From NCBI GenBank assembly GCA_041392955.1, contig JAWKLB010000007.1, forward strand, positions 24,567 to 88,566: a stretch of DNA of 64,000 nucleotides. Direction: 5' to 3'. Positions within the stretch are counted from its first letter, which is position 1; the number at the start of each line of letters is the position of its first letter. Position numbers and translations under genes: made by a program. The notes below the pieces were generated by a model that did no database searches, was not told the DNA's origin, and saw only the letters and a list, made by a program, of their open reading frames with translations. Of this stretch, positions 8,816 to 18,500 are shown one piece after another. Origin of the DNA: Chitinophagales bacterium. Lineage in GTDB: Bacteria; Bacteroidota; Bacteroidia; Chitinophagales; BACL12.

Positions 8816-10219
8816 ATGTCAACATTTAGAGTGTACATTAAAAGAAATCAGGAAGAACTTTCCTGGGATTATTTATCGACGGTAGTTGCGACTGATCAAA
8901 ATGAAGCCATTCAGCACGCATATAATAAGTGGGCAATGGAAAATCATTCATACGTTTGCCCGCCGTTGAGTAAGTGCTATGTAATAGCCAGAAAGCTGGA
9001 TACAGATCAAACCATCCTTATTGAAAACAAATACATGGATGCTGCTGTCGATCCGGCACAACAGGCCATGCAAAAACTTACCGCCCAATGGTATAATGCT
9101 GTTGTAGGTGGTTGCGGGCTTGACCCATCAACTTTTCAGTTGATCCAGGGCTCGGCACCCTTAGGCGCCACTTCGGAAGAGCTGTGGAATATATTTGATG
9201 TGGTGCCGCCATTATCTGTAAGCAATTATTACAACCCGAGCCAAAACAATGTGTTTTCATCGGATTACGGCGCCGTGATCAATAATCTGGTGGTCCCTGA
9301 CAGCCAATCATTTGTTAATGATATGGGGGATTATTATGCACAGTGGACCAAATATCTGGGATCATTAACGGATATTTCCGATTATCTGGCAACGTTCCGC
9401 AAATGGGCATTGACCCATATGCCACCCGGGCAGGCGCAAACCTGTATAACAGATTATCAGCAGATCGCAAACGGGGCCATACCAACTGCAGTCAACATGT
9501 GGAGCACTGCGCAACAGAGTGCAAATGGACCCGGGGCATATACGACAACAATAAATCAGGTGAAAAATGCGCTGAGCTCCGGCCAGTCGAAATCTTTTTC
9601 ATTCGACAGCAAATCTGAATCAAGTGATATATCAAAAACCTGGGCAAAAATTTCTGCTTCCGGATTTTATGATTTCTTTTCCGGAGATGCAAGCGGTTCA
9701 TATAGCAAGTTGACAACGAAAATGGCACAGGCAGGGATCAGCATGCATGTTAGTTTTCAAAACCTGATCACCGTTTCGGCGGGACCGCTTTCCAAGGCCA
9801 GCGGAGATCCTGTTTTGTCGCAATATACACCCTGGTATGATTCTGGAGCATTAAACATGGCGTATCAAACCGCAGACAATACAGTTTGGAAGCATACGCA
9901 CCCTACCTGGAATGATACCTTTGCGGACACAGCAAGCCAAAAAGGGAATATGTTACGCGTAACCAGTGCGCTGATCATTGTGGATGGAATTGATATTGAT
10001 ATAACCTGCAATGTTGGTTTCAGCACACAAGAGCAGCAAGAATTCCAGGCGGCGATGAGTCTTGGATTCTTCCCCTTCTTTGAAGCTTCCGGTTCCGGCG
10101 GATGGTCGAACCATCCAACATTCGACAGCAACGGTAATGTGAGCATTAAATGCACTCTGCCGGCGGGCAATCCGAGCATTTTAGGGGCTATCGTAAATCC
10201 TATCTCCGCAGTTTTATAA
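8816..10219 (+). CDS. Hypothetical 468-aa protein with a Ser/Thr-rich central segment
   Basis: This is a long ORF. I preferred the internal ATG at 8816 (MSTFRVYIKRN) over the upstream TTG-type start. It has no signal peptide and no recognised catalytic motif. Confidence 0.6.
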   Translation: MSTFRVYIKRNQEELSWDYLSTVVATDQNEAIQHAYNKWAMENHSYVCPPLSKCYVIARKLDTDQTILIENKYMDAAVDPAQQAMQKLTAQWYNAVVGGCGLDPSTFQLIQGSAPLGATSEELWNIFDVVPPLSVSNYYNPSQNNVFSSDYGAVINNLVVPDSQSFVNDMGDYYAQWTKYLGSLTDISDYLATFRKWALTHMPPGQAQTCITDYQQIANGAIPTAVNMWSTAQQSANGPGAYTTTINQVKNALSSGQSKSFSFDSKSESSDISKTWAKISASGFYDFFSGDASGSYSKLTTKMAQAGISMHVSFQNLITVSAGPLSKASGDPVLSQYTPWYDSGALNMAYQTADNTVWKHTHPTWNDTFADTASQKGNMLRVTSALIIVDGIDIDITCNVGFSTQEQQEFQAAMSLGFFPFFEASGSGGWSNHPTFDSNGNVSIKCTLPAGNPSILGAIVNPISAVL

Positions 10220-10230
10220 AGAAGAATGCA

Positions 10231-10265
10231 GCATGCGTGATCGCCGTTTCTGCTGATCACGCATG
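10231..10265 (+). terminator. Hairpin downstream of the 8816-10219 CDS
   Basis: A perfect 12-bp inverted repeat, GCATGCGTGATC (10231-10242) / GATCACGCATGC (10254-10265), starts 12 nt after the stop codon. There is no clear T-tract. Confidence 0.4.
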
Positions 10266-10356
10266 CTACTGCATTGCAATAAATATCAATCAAAAAACCG
10301 ATTCCGGGCAGTGTTTTATGCATTGCCTGTGCATTCATCAAATAAATGAAAGACTT

Positions 10357-12327
10357 ATGAAAAAATTCAATTTCGTACGGGTAAAACACCCGCATTTGTC
10401 CTTGTGGCAGTCTGTTGTCTCGCAACATGTGCGGGAACAATTAGAGCAAAAGCAAAAAAAAGTCCGGCAAAACGACCTCCTTGCCCATCCGATGGTGCAG
10501 GCAACTAACGACCATGTATTGAAAACATTCAACGGCGAGATCCCCAATAGAGACAACCTGGACCTGTCAGATGAACATGAATTACATGTGTATTTATCAC
10601 ATCTGGGGTATGAATGGGGAAATGCACTTGCAGCGCAGGATACAGAAAAGGCCGATCTGATCGGCACCACGTACCGGAAGTACAGCGACAAGGATCCGAA
10701 TTTTGCCCAATGTGCCGTTGACTACGCTAAGTATTATCTAAAATATAACGGGATAAAAAAATACAACGACTGGAAAACGACAGGTAATAATGATCTGAAT
10801 TATGGCGTAATTCAATATCAATTGCCGAACAATGCAAAAGTAGCCATCCTTGGCGACTGGGGTACGGGTTTAGCCGATGCAGAAGAATTACTGTTGGATA
10901 TTATGCAAAAACACAACCCGGATGCCATCATTCATCTCGGTGATATCTACTATTCTGCAACACCTTCAGAAGTAGACAGCAATTTCGCTCAGATATTCCG
11001 GAATGTATTTGCACAAGCGGGCAGATCGGTTCCTGTGTTCACCATTCCCGGCAACCACGATTACTATTGTATGGGTTACGGTTATTATTCTATGGTGAAT
11101 CAGTTAAACGCGGGAATTAATGGCGCTTTACAAGAAGCGAGTTATTTCTGTTTGCGCACACAGGACAACGGGTGGCAGTTTTTAGCCATGGACACAGGTT
11201 ATAATGATGCGAATCCGGCCGATCAGTTCAATACATTTGGCACCGGGCCGGCAGTTCAATCCTCGGAGCTGGAATGGCATCAGGACAAATTGGAAAATTT
11301 TAATGGCGCCACGATATTGCTTTCCCATCACCAGCTTTTTTCCTGTAATGCAAAGATCAATGGTTCCTTTTCGAAGTACAGAAGTATGCAATACATGAAT
11401 CCATATTTGCATGCTGCGTTCGGAGAATACTATGATACAAAAATTGCGGCCTGGTTGTGGGGGCATGAACACAATCTGGCATTGTATCAAAATGATCTGT
11501 TCGGATTGTCCAAAGGGCGTTTGATTGGTTGCAGCGCTTTTGAAGAACTGCAATCGGCGAACCCGTATGGGATAAAATACCCTGAGGTGCCCTATCAATT
11601 GGATCCTGCTAATGGATTGCCTTACGAATTGGGCACAAATGCTGATCCGAATGGAGTGGGCTATTACAATCACGGATATGCTGTCATAGATCTGGGCGGA
11701 CGAAAAAATCCTTCGGATGTAGTACAGATTTCCTATTATGAATATCCCTCCTGGGGAAACAACGCACCGGCAAATCCGGCATCCAATTTTATCATGTCGG
11801 AAGCGCTCGGCTTACCGGCAGCTTCTACCCGGACCAAGGTGCTCTCCAATGCGCCTGTGCATGTGTATTCGATGGAAGGCTTATGTCTGACGGACCACAT
11901 TACATCGAATCAGATAATATCACCGCATATATTTTTCTTCCCAACGCTTGGTCCCGACAATCCCGTAGATGTGAATCTTTTCTCTTTAAACGGAGGGATA
12001 AATGCTGTGTTAAGAGATGGAGATGCTATCTATATCCAGTCGCTTGAATCGGGATTGTATTATTCTCCTAATTCACACGCCAATTATCTGTTCAGTGATC
12101 CATCTATGCATTATGCATATTATCTGCAATCAAATCCGAATTTCGAAAAATGGATCATTCATAAAAGAGACACTTCAACAGGAAGCCAGATATGTTATGA
12201 TGACGAGGTGTATTTTATCAACTTCAACAGCAATGAATGGTTGGTGCCGGCATGGTCAAAAAACACAACAGATATTCTGTTGACCACTGCGCCGAATGCC
12301 GACTATTATTGGCAGATAAAGAAATAA
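10357..12327 (+). CDS. Calcineurin-like / purple-acid-phosphatase-type metallophosphoesterase with a ~200-aa C-terminal extension
   Basis: Ordered motifs are GDWGTG, HLGDIYY, PGNHDYY, LLSHHQL and WGHEHN. The ATG at 10357 (MKKFNFVRVKH) avoids the overlap with the upstream gene that the 10150 start would create. Confidence 0.8.
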   Translation: MKKFNFVRVKHPHLSLWQSVVSQHVREQLEQKQKKVRQNDLLAHPMVQATNDHVLKTFNGEIPNRDNLDLSDEHELHVYLSHLGYEWGNALAAQDTEKADLIGTTYRKYSDKDPNFAQCAVDYAKYYLKYNGIKKYNDWKTTGNNDLNYGVIQYQLPNNAKVAILGDWGTGLADAEELLLDIMQKHNPDAIIHLGDIYYSATPSEVDSNFAQIFRNVFAQAGRSVPVFTIPGNHDYYCMGYGYYSMVNQLNAGINGALQEASYFCLRTQDNGWQFLAMDTGYNDANPADQFNTFGTGPAVQSSELEWHQDKLENFNGATILLSHHQLFSCNAKINGSFSKYRSMQYMNPYLHAAFGEYYDTKIAAWLWGHEHNLALYQNDLFGLSKGRLIGCSAFEELQSANPYGIKYPEVPYQLDPANGLPYELGTNADPNGVGYYNHGYAVIDLGGRKNPSDVVQISYYEYPSWGNNAPANPASNFIMSEALGLPAASTRTKVLSNAPVHVYSMEGLCLTDHITSNQIISPHIFFFPTLGPDNPVDVNLFSLNGGINAVLRDGDAIYIQSLESGLYYSPNSHANYLFSDPSMHYAYYLQSNPNFEKWIIHKRDTSTGSQICYDDEVYFINFNSNEWLVPAWSKNTTDILLTTAPNADYYWQIKK

Positions 12328-12360
12328 GCGGCTTTAAATAAAAGCAGTTATTTTATTCAG

Positions 12361-12395
12361 GCCCGTTACGCTCATGTAAGTGTAACGGGCTTTTG
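12361..12395 (+). terminator. Rho-independent-type terminator
   Basis: The stem GCCCGTTAC (12361-12369) / GTAACGGGC (12382-12390) is followed by TTTT, 34 nt after the stop codon. Confidence 0.6.
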
Positions 12396-12454
12396 TAAAC
12401 AGGTTTAGGTGCTTCGGCGCAGGATGGTGCTATATGGCGGGGTTCGTCTTCGAA

Positions 12455-13045
12455 TCGGGGTGGAAAGTACTTCCATTTAATTATGAGCACTCTAACGTCC
12501 AAACCTCCATACGTCCATACCAGAGGTAGGGCAGGAGTAGGGGCAGGGGCATAAGCTGCTCCGTAGTTGAGTGTGTTCTTAAGCAGGTATATTTCCGTTA
12601 AAAGGAAGAGTGATGATGGGTGAATGGTGAATAGTGAATGGTGAATATCAGCCGGTTGGGTTTTTACATTACTGAGAAAATAATCTGCATCAATTAACGG
12701 TGCCATAACTTCCAAACCTCCATACGTCCATACGTCCATACCAGGGGCAGGAGCAGGGGCAGGGGCAGTCTGCTTCGAAGTTGAGATCGAACTTAATAAG
12801 AAGAGCAACTTGACAACATTTTTCGAGAGTGGAAAATGGAAAGTGTAGATTACACCCAATTAATTATAAGGCATCCTGACTTCGGACTTCCGGACGTCCC
12901 GACGTCAGGACTTTTATTCATTAAGCTTATACTCTAACCCCGCACTCCGCACCTAGAACTCCGCACCAATAGATTGGAACAATTCCCATTTCAAATATGT
13001 ACTCTAACCCGCCAACGTGACAACCTGGCAACGGACAACCTATCC
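12455..13045. repeat. Modular intergenic repeat array (family 1), second locus
   Basis: Heads are TAATTATGAGCACTCTAAC (~12478), CTTATACTCTAAC (~12925) and AAATATGTACTCTAAC (~12993). Oligo arrays include TCCATACG-type, GGGGCAGG-type, GTGAATG-type, GGACGTCC-type, CCGCAC/CTAGAAC-type and GACAAC-type. The connector CAATAGATTGGAACAATTCCCATTTC matches the one at ~5757 (near-identical) and ~6049 (one mismatch). Confidence 0.75.
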
Positions 13046-13141
13046 AAAAACGCCTTCAACCCACTCTCAATATACTTTGCACGGCATACGATGCGAGGAT
13101 GAGTCCCATGATCTTGGAGATGACGGTGATACCATATTCGC

Positions 13142-13648
13142 CTATTTTCTTTTGACCCTTTTCGCGCCGAGTAAAATGAACATGGTGATGATGATGACAA
13201 CGAAAACGAGGATGGCTGTGAGCAGTTGTTCAACAAATGTATAGTGTTGATTATCTGTCAGCAGTACCACGGCCATGATAGCACCCGGCGATGCGATGGA
13301 TGGGATGGCCATGGGAAAGATGGTGACATGCTTATAGTCTTTGATATGGTGTTTTTCCGTTTCGGGTTTTCCTTCACCGAAGATCATGGTAAGTGCAAAG
13401 AGAAAGAGGATAACGCCGCCGGAAATGGAGAATGCTTCCAGCGACACCTGCATACCTTCCAGGATGAGCTGGCCGAGCACAATAAAAAAGAGCAGAACAC
13501 CGAAGGCCACGAAGGAGGCGCGCACAGCGATCTTGCGCTTGTGTATGCTGTCGAAATGTTTGGTTGCCTCCAGATACACCGGCACCGATCCCAGCGGATC
13601 AATGACCGCGATGAGGAAGAAGAGGGTGGTGAGGATGGATGTGAGCAT
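13142..13648 (-). CDS. MarC-family (UPF0056) integral membrane protein, C-terminus apparently frameshifted (reading resumes to 13056)
   Basis: The N-terminus MLTSILTTLFFLIAVIDPLGSVPVYLEATKHF is typical of MarC. After the stop at 13142, the adjacent frame encodes IGEYGITVISKIMGLILASYAVQSILRVG*, ending at 13056. That is the expected MarC C-terminal helix. Confidence 0.8.
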   Translation of the reverse strand: MLTSILTTLFFLIAVIDPLGSVPVYLEATKHFDSIHKRKIAVRASFVAFGVLLFFIVLGQLILEGMQVSLEAFSISGGVILFLFALTMIFGEGKPETEKHHIKDYKHVTIFPMAIPSIASPGAIMAVVLLTDNQHYTFVEQLLTAILVFVVIIITMFILLGAKRVKRK

Positions 13649-14230
13649 GGGGTAAAGGTAGGGGAAAGGGAGATATTATGGACGTTTGGAGGTAAAGGGG
13701 CTTAGAAGATTTGATTGTGTACATTTGAAATGATCAAGGCAATATGAAGCTTGGAATCGGTTTAGAGTGGACAGTGGTTGTGTCGAAGCGGCTTATGAGC
13801 ATAACGCACCACAACTGCCAATGGGGAGTTGAATCAAACACTCAAAAAGTGTCCATGGATTAATCATTTAGCGCTACAAAACACTTAAATTTTAACTGCT
13901 TGAGGTTAAAAAAGCATAAAAACAAAATTCAAACACCAATATCTAATTCAAAAGACACACATTTCAAATAAAACAGGTGAAATTGTATACATATAGAAAA
14001 TACTAATGTAAAAGTTGTTTAATAAGTATATTAACCAGGTTTTATAGACATCTGTCAAAATGGGTTTTCAAAAAATTCTGCTTACCTGTTTTCAGGGAAA
14101 AATATTTTTGAAGCAGGATCTATGATAACTATTTCATATAAAAGAATATATTTGATTAAGGATAATCACTCGATCAGACGGATTATTCAACAACAAAACC
14201 CATTAGTACTTACATTTTTAACAGGCATCC

Positions 14231-15472
14231 ATGAGATTACACGCAACACTGATGGCTGTGCTACTAGCATTGGTCTCTAATATCCGATCTCAAACCTTAC
14301 CGGATTACATTCCTACAGACGGCCTTTTGGGCTGGTGGCCCTTTACCGGCAACGCCAATGATGAGAGCGGAAATGGCAATGACGGCATTGTAAATGGAGC
14401 TGTTCTGACCATAGATCGCTTTGGCGCAGAAAGTAGTGCGTATCAATTCAACGGGTTGGACCAAAACATATCAGGAACCATATCCGGCCTTACAGGACTG
14501 GTTGAAAATACCCTTACCATTTGGATGAAATATACGGGTGATGCCGGTGGCCAACCGTATGACACATTTTACCAGTTAGGCGAATACGGTATACACACTT
14601 TCGGCTACGGATACGACTATTCGGGGCAAAATTTAAACTTCTATTCTTTCTGTACGGGTGGAATAGAGTCCTATCCGGTTGTCGATCTGAACGATGACTG
14701 GCATTTTGTTGCCATAGTAGATAATGAAGCCGGGACGGCTTTATATATCGACGGTGTATTATTTGAATCCGGGTTGGGCGGTCCAGCAGGCGATTGTTAT
14801 CAGGGAAGTCCGGCTTTTGAAATAGGCGGTGGCTCTGATAATCAATGGGTTACCGGCAACCTTGATGATATCGGTTTCTGGAACAGGGCTTTAACTGCAG
14901 AAGAGATATACGCTATATACCATGCATGTACATTGGAAGTAATAGCCGATCCTGAAGATGGAACAGTAACAGCTGGAAGTGACGCAATGTTTACAGTTCA
15001 ATCTTCTGAAGCCGGTTCTTCATACCAGTGGCAGACCGATCTAGGTGTCGGCTTTCAGGACCTGAACGAAGTTGGCCAGTATGTCGGTGTTAACAGCGAT
15101 ACCCTAAATGTATTAAATACCACCTTGGGCAATGATAACCAACCTTTCAGGTGTATTGTTCAAAGTGGAGGTTGTTTGGATACTTCGGCCGTTGCTGTTT
15201 TATATGTTTCAGAAAATGTTGGCATTACGAATTCGAATGCTAATAATGAGATTTTTATTTGGCCAAATCCGTTTACGGACCAAGTGCACATTAAATTGAA
15301 TCAAAAAATACAAAATGGGTGGATATGGATTTATAACAGCGAGGGAAAGATGGTATTAAGGGAGCAGATGCAAGAAACTGAACAGGATTTTGAATTTGGT
15401 GGTTTGGCACCAGGGATTTATAATTTAAGAGTTGGTGAGAACATAAGCTGCATTATTATTAAATCAAAATAA
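14231..15472 (+). CDS. Secreted LamG/concanavalin-A-like lectin-fold protein with an Ig-like domain and a T9SS C-terminal sorting domain
   Basis: It has a signal peptide and a LamG_3-like N-terminus (LLGWWPFTGNANDESGNGNDGIVNGA...YQFNG). The C-terminal Por-secretion tail is IWPNPFTDQVHIKL...IYNSEGKMVL...GIYNLRVG. Confidence 0.75.
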   Translation: MRLHATLMAVLLALVSNIRSQTLPDYIPTDGLLGWWPFTGNANDESGNGNDGIVNGAVLTIDRFGAESSAYQFNGLDQNISGTISGLTGLVENTLTIWMKYTGDAGGQPYDTFYQLGEYGIHTFGYGYDYSGQNLNFYSFCTGGIESYPVVDLNDDWHFVAIVDNEAGTALYIDGVLFESGLGGPAGDCYQGSPAFEIGGGSDNQWVTGNLDDIGFWNRALTAEEIYAIYHACTLEVIADPEDGTVTAGSDAMFTVQSSEAGSSYQWQTDLGVGFQDLNEVGQYVGVNSDTLNVLNTTLGNDNQPFRCIVQSGGCLDTSAVAVLYVSENVGITNSNANNEIFIWPNPFTDQVHIKLNQKIQNGWIWIYNSEGKMVLREQMQETEQDFEFGGLAPGIYNLRVGENISCIIIKSK

Positions 15473-15581
15473 ACGAGAATAAGATCAAATATTAATAAAA
15501 AATAAAGCTAGTAGTATCAAGAAATTAGTCACCGATTTGAATGAAATTATACAGAAAAAATAGTTAAAGAGGCGCATTTAT

Positions 15582-18500
15582 ATGAATTTAATAGCTAATA
15601 CAGGAATTCAATTATATACTGTTCCGTTTGAAATAGATCTGAATAACAACTTCAAAATGTATTTTCACGAATGGCGCGACATTGCAGACGAACAGAGAAA
15701 ATTGGAGATCGCGCATTATTTTTCGGAGGAAGAAGTTTGGATTAGAAAACAAATATTATATGGTAGTAATCTTGGATATGCCACTTTGCTTAATGATTAT
15801 AAAGTATCTGAATCATGGGAAACAATTTTAAATGACGATGAATTTGATAACAGTAGTATTATTCAAATAAAGACAGATGATGCACGGGATTCCGGCTGCT
15901 TTGATATATCTATTAGTAAACTCCATGGCTCATCAGATTGGAGTAAGTTTGAAAATACCTGGTTTCCGATGCCCTTCTTTCAACTAAATGGCAGGAGATC
16001 AGATTTTGGACCAACGAATTGGTGTAGGTTTAAACTTATTCCAAACCCGGAGGAGGGCAATCATTCTAAGTATTATCTCTTATTAGCTTTTGACACCAAA
16101 GCAGTGTATAAGGAAGAAGGGTTTGAAAGCGAGGACCTGCAAGAAACACCAATTTTTACTAATACGGCAATTCCATCCAAGAACTTTGCCTTATGCAATA
16201 CTGAAGAAGGGTTGATTGGGTATTGTTCAAATGAAAAAAATTGTCAATGGGTGGATAAATACCTTTTGAAACACTTTCATGGTGTCGATGATATTGATGG
16301 GATAAAATCAAATATGCCCAAAATGAAATATCTGGCGCAGTATATTTTTTTAATAAGATTTATTCAACAGTTTAATAAATTGCCTGATATTACATTGTTT
16401 TCTGATAAAAATGTTTCTTGTAGTTATGTAGATTTAGTGGTTGATATTGGAAATTCACGCACCTGTGCAGTACTTTTTGATGGTAGTGATTTTGCAAAGT
16501 CGAGTCCTTTGGAGTTACAAGATTTTACAACGCCAATCTCAAACGGCGAATTAAACAAATATCGAGATCCATTTGATATGCGATTGGCATTTCGCGAGGC
16601 CGATTTCGGGGGTAAGTTGGGTCTTGAAAGTAGCAGCCAATTTGTATTCCCGTCAATGATCCGTTTAGGAAAAGAGGCGAATAGACTAATTCATAAAGCC
16701 ACAAACATGAACACCGGGGCGGAAAGGACAAGCACTTTTTCCAGTCCGAAGAGATTTTTATGGGACGATAAGCCGCAAAAGCAGGAATGGGAATTTGTGC
16801 AATTGGAAAATGAACCGAGTAGAACCATCTATATACAGGGAATTTCTGAGCAACTAAATGAAGACGGGACAATTGGAGCGGGCTCCATCAAAAACCGGTA
16901 TTCACGAAAGGCATTAATGACATTTGCCTTTCTGGAAATTTTGGCTCAAGCACAAATGCAGATCAATAGTTATGAGCAACGTAAGCATTGGGGAAATGAA
17001 TCCATGTCTCGTAGAATTGAAAGAATTATTGTTACCTGTCCAACAGGCATGTCACGTAAAGAGCAAATTGCCCTGCGAAAATGTGCACTAGACGCTGCAA
17101 TAATCCTGGATAGATTCTTTGAGCAAACCTTTTCAGATGAGATAAATGAACTCGATGTGCGTAAAAGGTTAAAAGTTATTCCATCCGCAAGAAAGCATTC
17201 CAACAGCGAATCTCGAACAGAATGGATCTATGACGAAGCAACTGCCGCACAGTTTGTCTTTTTATATGCAGAAATAAAAGAAAGGTATAAAAAAAATGTA
17301 AAAGATTTCTTTGAATTCTATGGAAAAACACAATCAGATGAAGTTTTGACAGATTACAAAAATGGATCACTTACAGTGGGTTCTGTAGATATTGGCGCCG
17401 GCACTACAGATGTAATGATTGCAGAATATTCATATGATGATTCCGATTATCAATGCACGATAAAGCCGGTCCCCCTTTTTTGGGAGAGCTTTTATATAGC
17501 AGGAGATGATTTGATGAAGCAACTTATTAAACAACTTGTGCTTGAGGGACAATATTCGCCGCTTTACAAAAAATTGATTGAACTTGGCAATAAGCCTGTA
17601 GATATATTACAACCATTTTTAGGTACCGATGTCGGAGTATCATTTAGGGACAGACAATTACGCAGTGAGTTCAATTTACAGGTTTCCGTTCCACTTATAT
17701 CCTATTTTCTTGAACTTCTAAGAAGAAATTCAGATGATATAATTCTATCATACACGGATATTTTTGGTAATATGCCACCGACAAGAACAGTGCTTCAACA
17801 TTTTGAAGAAAGATTTGGTTTTAGTTTTGAAAGTGTTCAATGGACTTTTAAAAAGAAGATAGTAGCAGATATAGTAGAAAAAACATTTGATTCGCTTATT
17901 GGCAAGATATCATCTGTTTTGGCACATTATGAATGTGATATTGTTCTGCTTTCCGGGCGACCGACTTCTCTAAGACCACTGACGGATTTGTTTTTCAAGT
18001 ACTATGCAGTTTCTCCGAATAGGCTGAAATCTATGAATGATTATCGCGTAGGTATATGGTATCCTGAAGATAAGCGCTACCCTTTTATTACGGGGAACGG
18101 AAAGTTTATTAACCCAAAATCAATTGTTACAACAGGGGCAATGATTGGTCATTTAGCTGAAAAGGGCTTAAATGGGTTTACTTTGGATTTATCCGAAATA
18201 AAAGCAAAATTATTGCCAACGACTTTTAATTTCGGCAGACTTAATGAGGAAACTTTAATTTATTTAGAAACAATAATTTCGCGCGAAAAGAACAGGGTGA
18301 CCTTACGTGTTAATTCCATGCCATTACGTTTAGGTGTTCGGCAGATAGATATTTCATCATACCCGTCTCGTCCATTTTATACCTTAAATTTTAATGAATA
18401 TAAAATTGAAGACAGGGTGCTTGGGCGATTTGATGAAGACGAACCACCTTTAAGTCTAGTACAACATGAAATACAAAAGGAAAAAGATAAAATAAGATCT

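Noticed and set aside
10150-10356. Upstream extension of the metallophosphoesterase ORF (track start 10150).
   Set aside because: It would overlap the preceding gene by 70 nt and read through its terminator hairpin (10231-10265). The encoded residues are Cys/His-rich junk. The ATG at 10357 gives a sensible N-terminus.
12353-12859. 168-aa minus-strand ORF.
   Set aside because: It lies entirely within the modular repeat array. Its translation is made of repeat-derived low-complexity segments (PAPAPAPG and WTYGGL duplicated), so it is very unlikely to be a gene.
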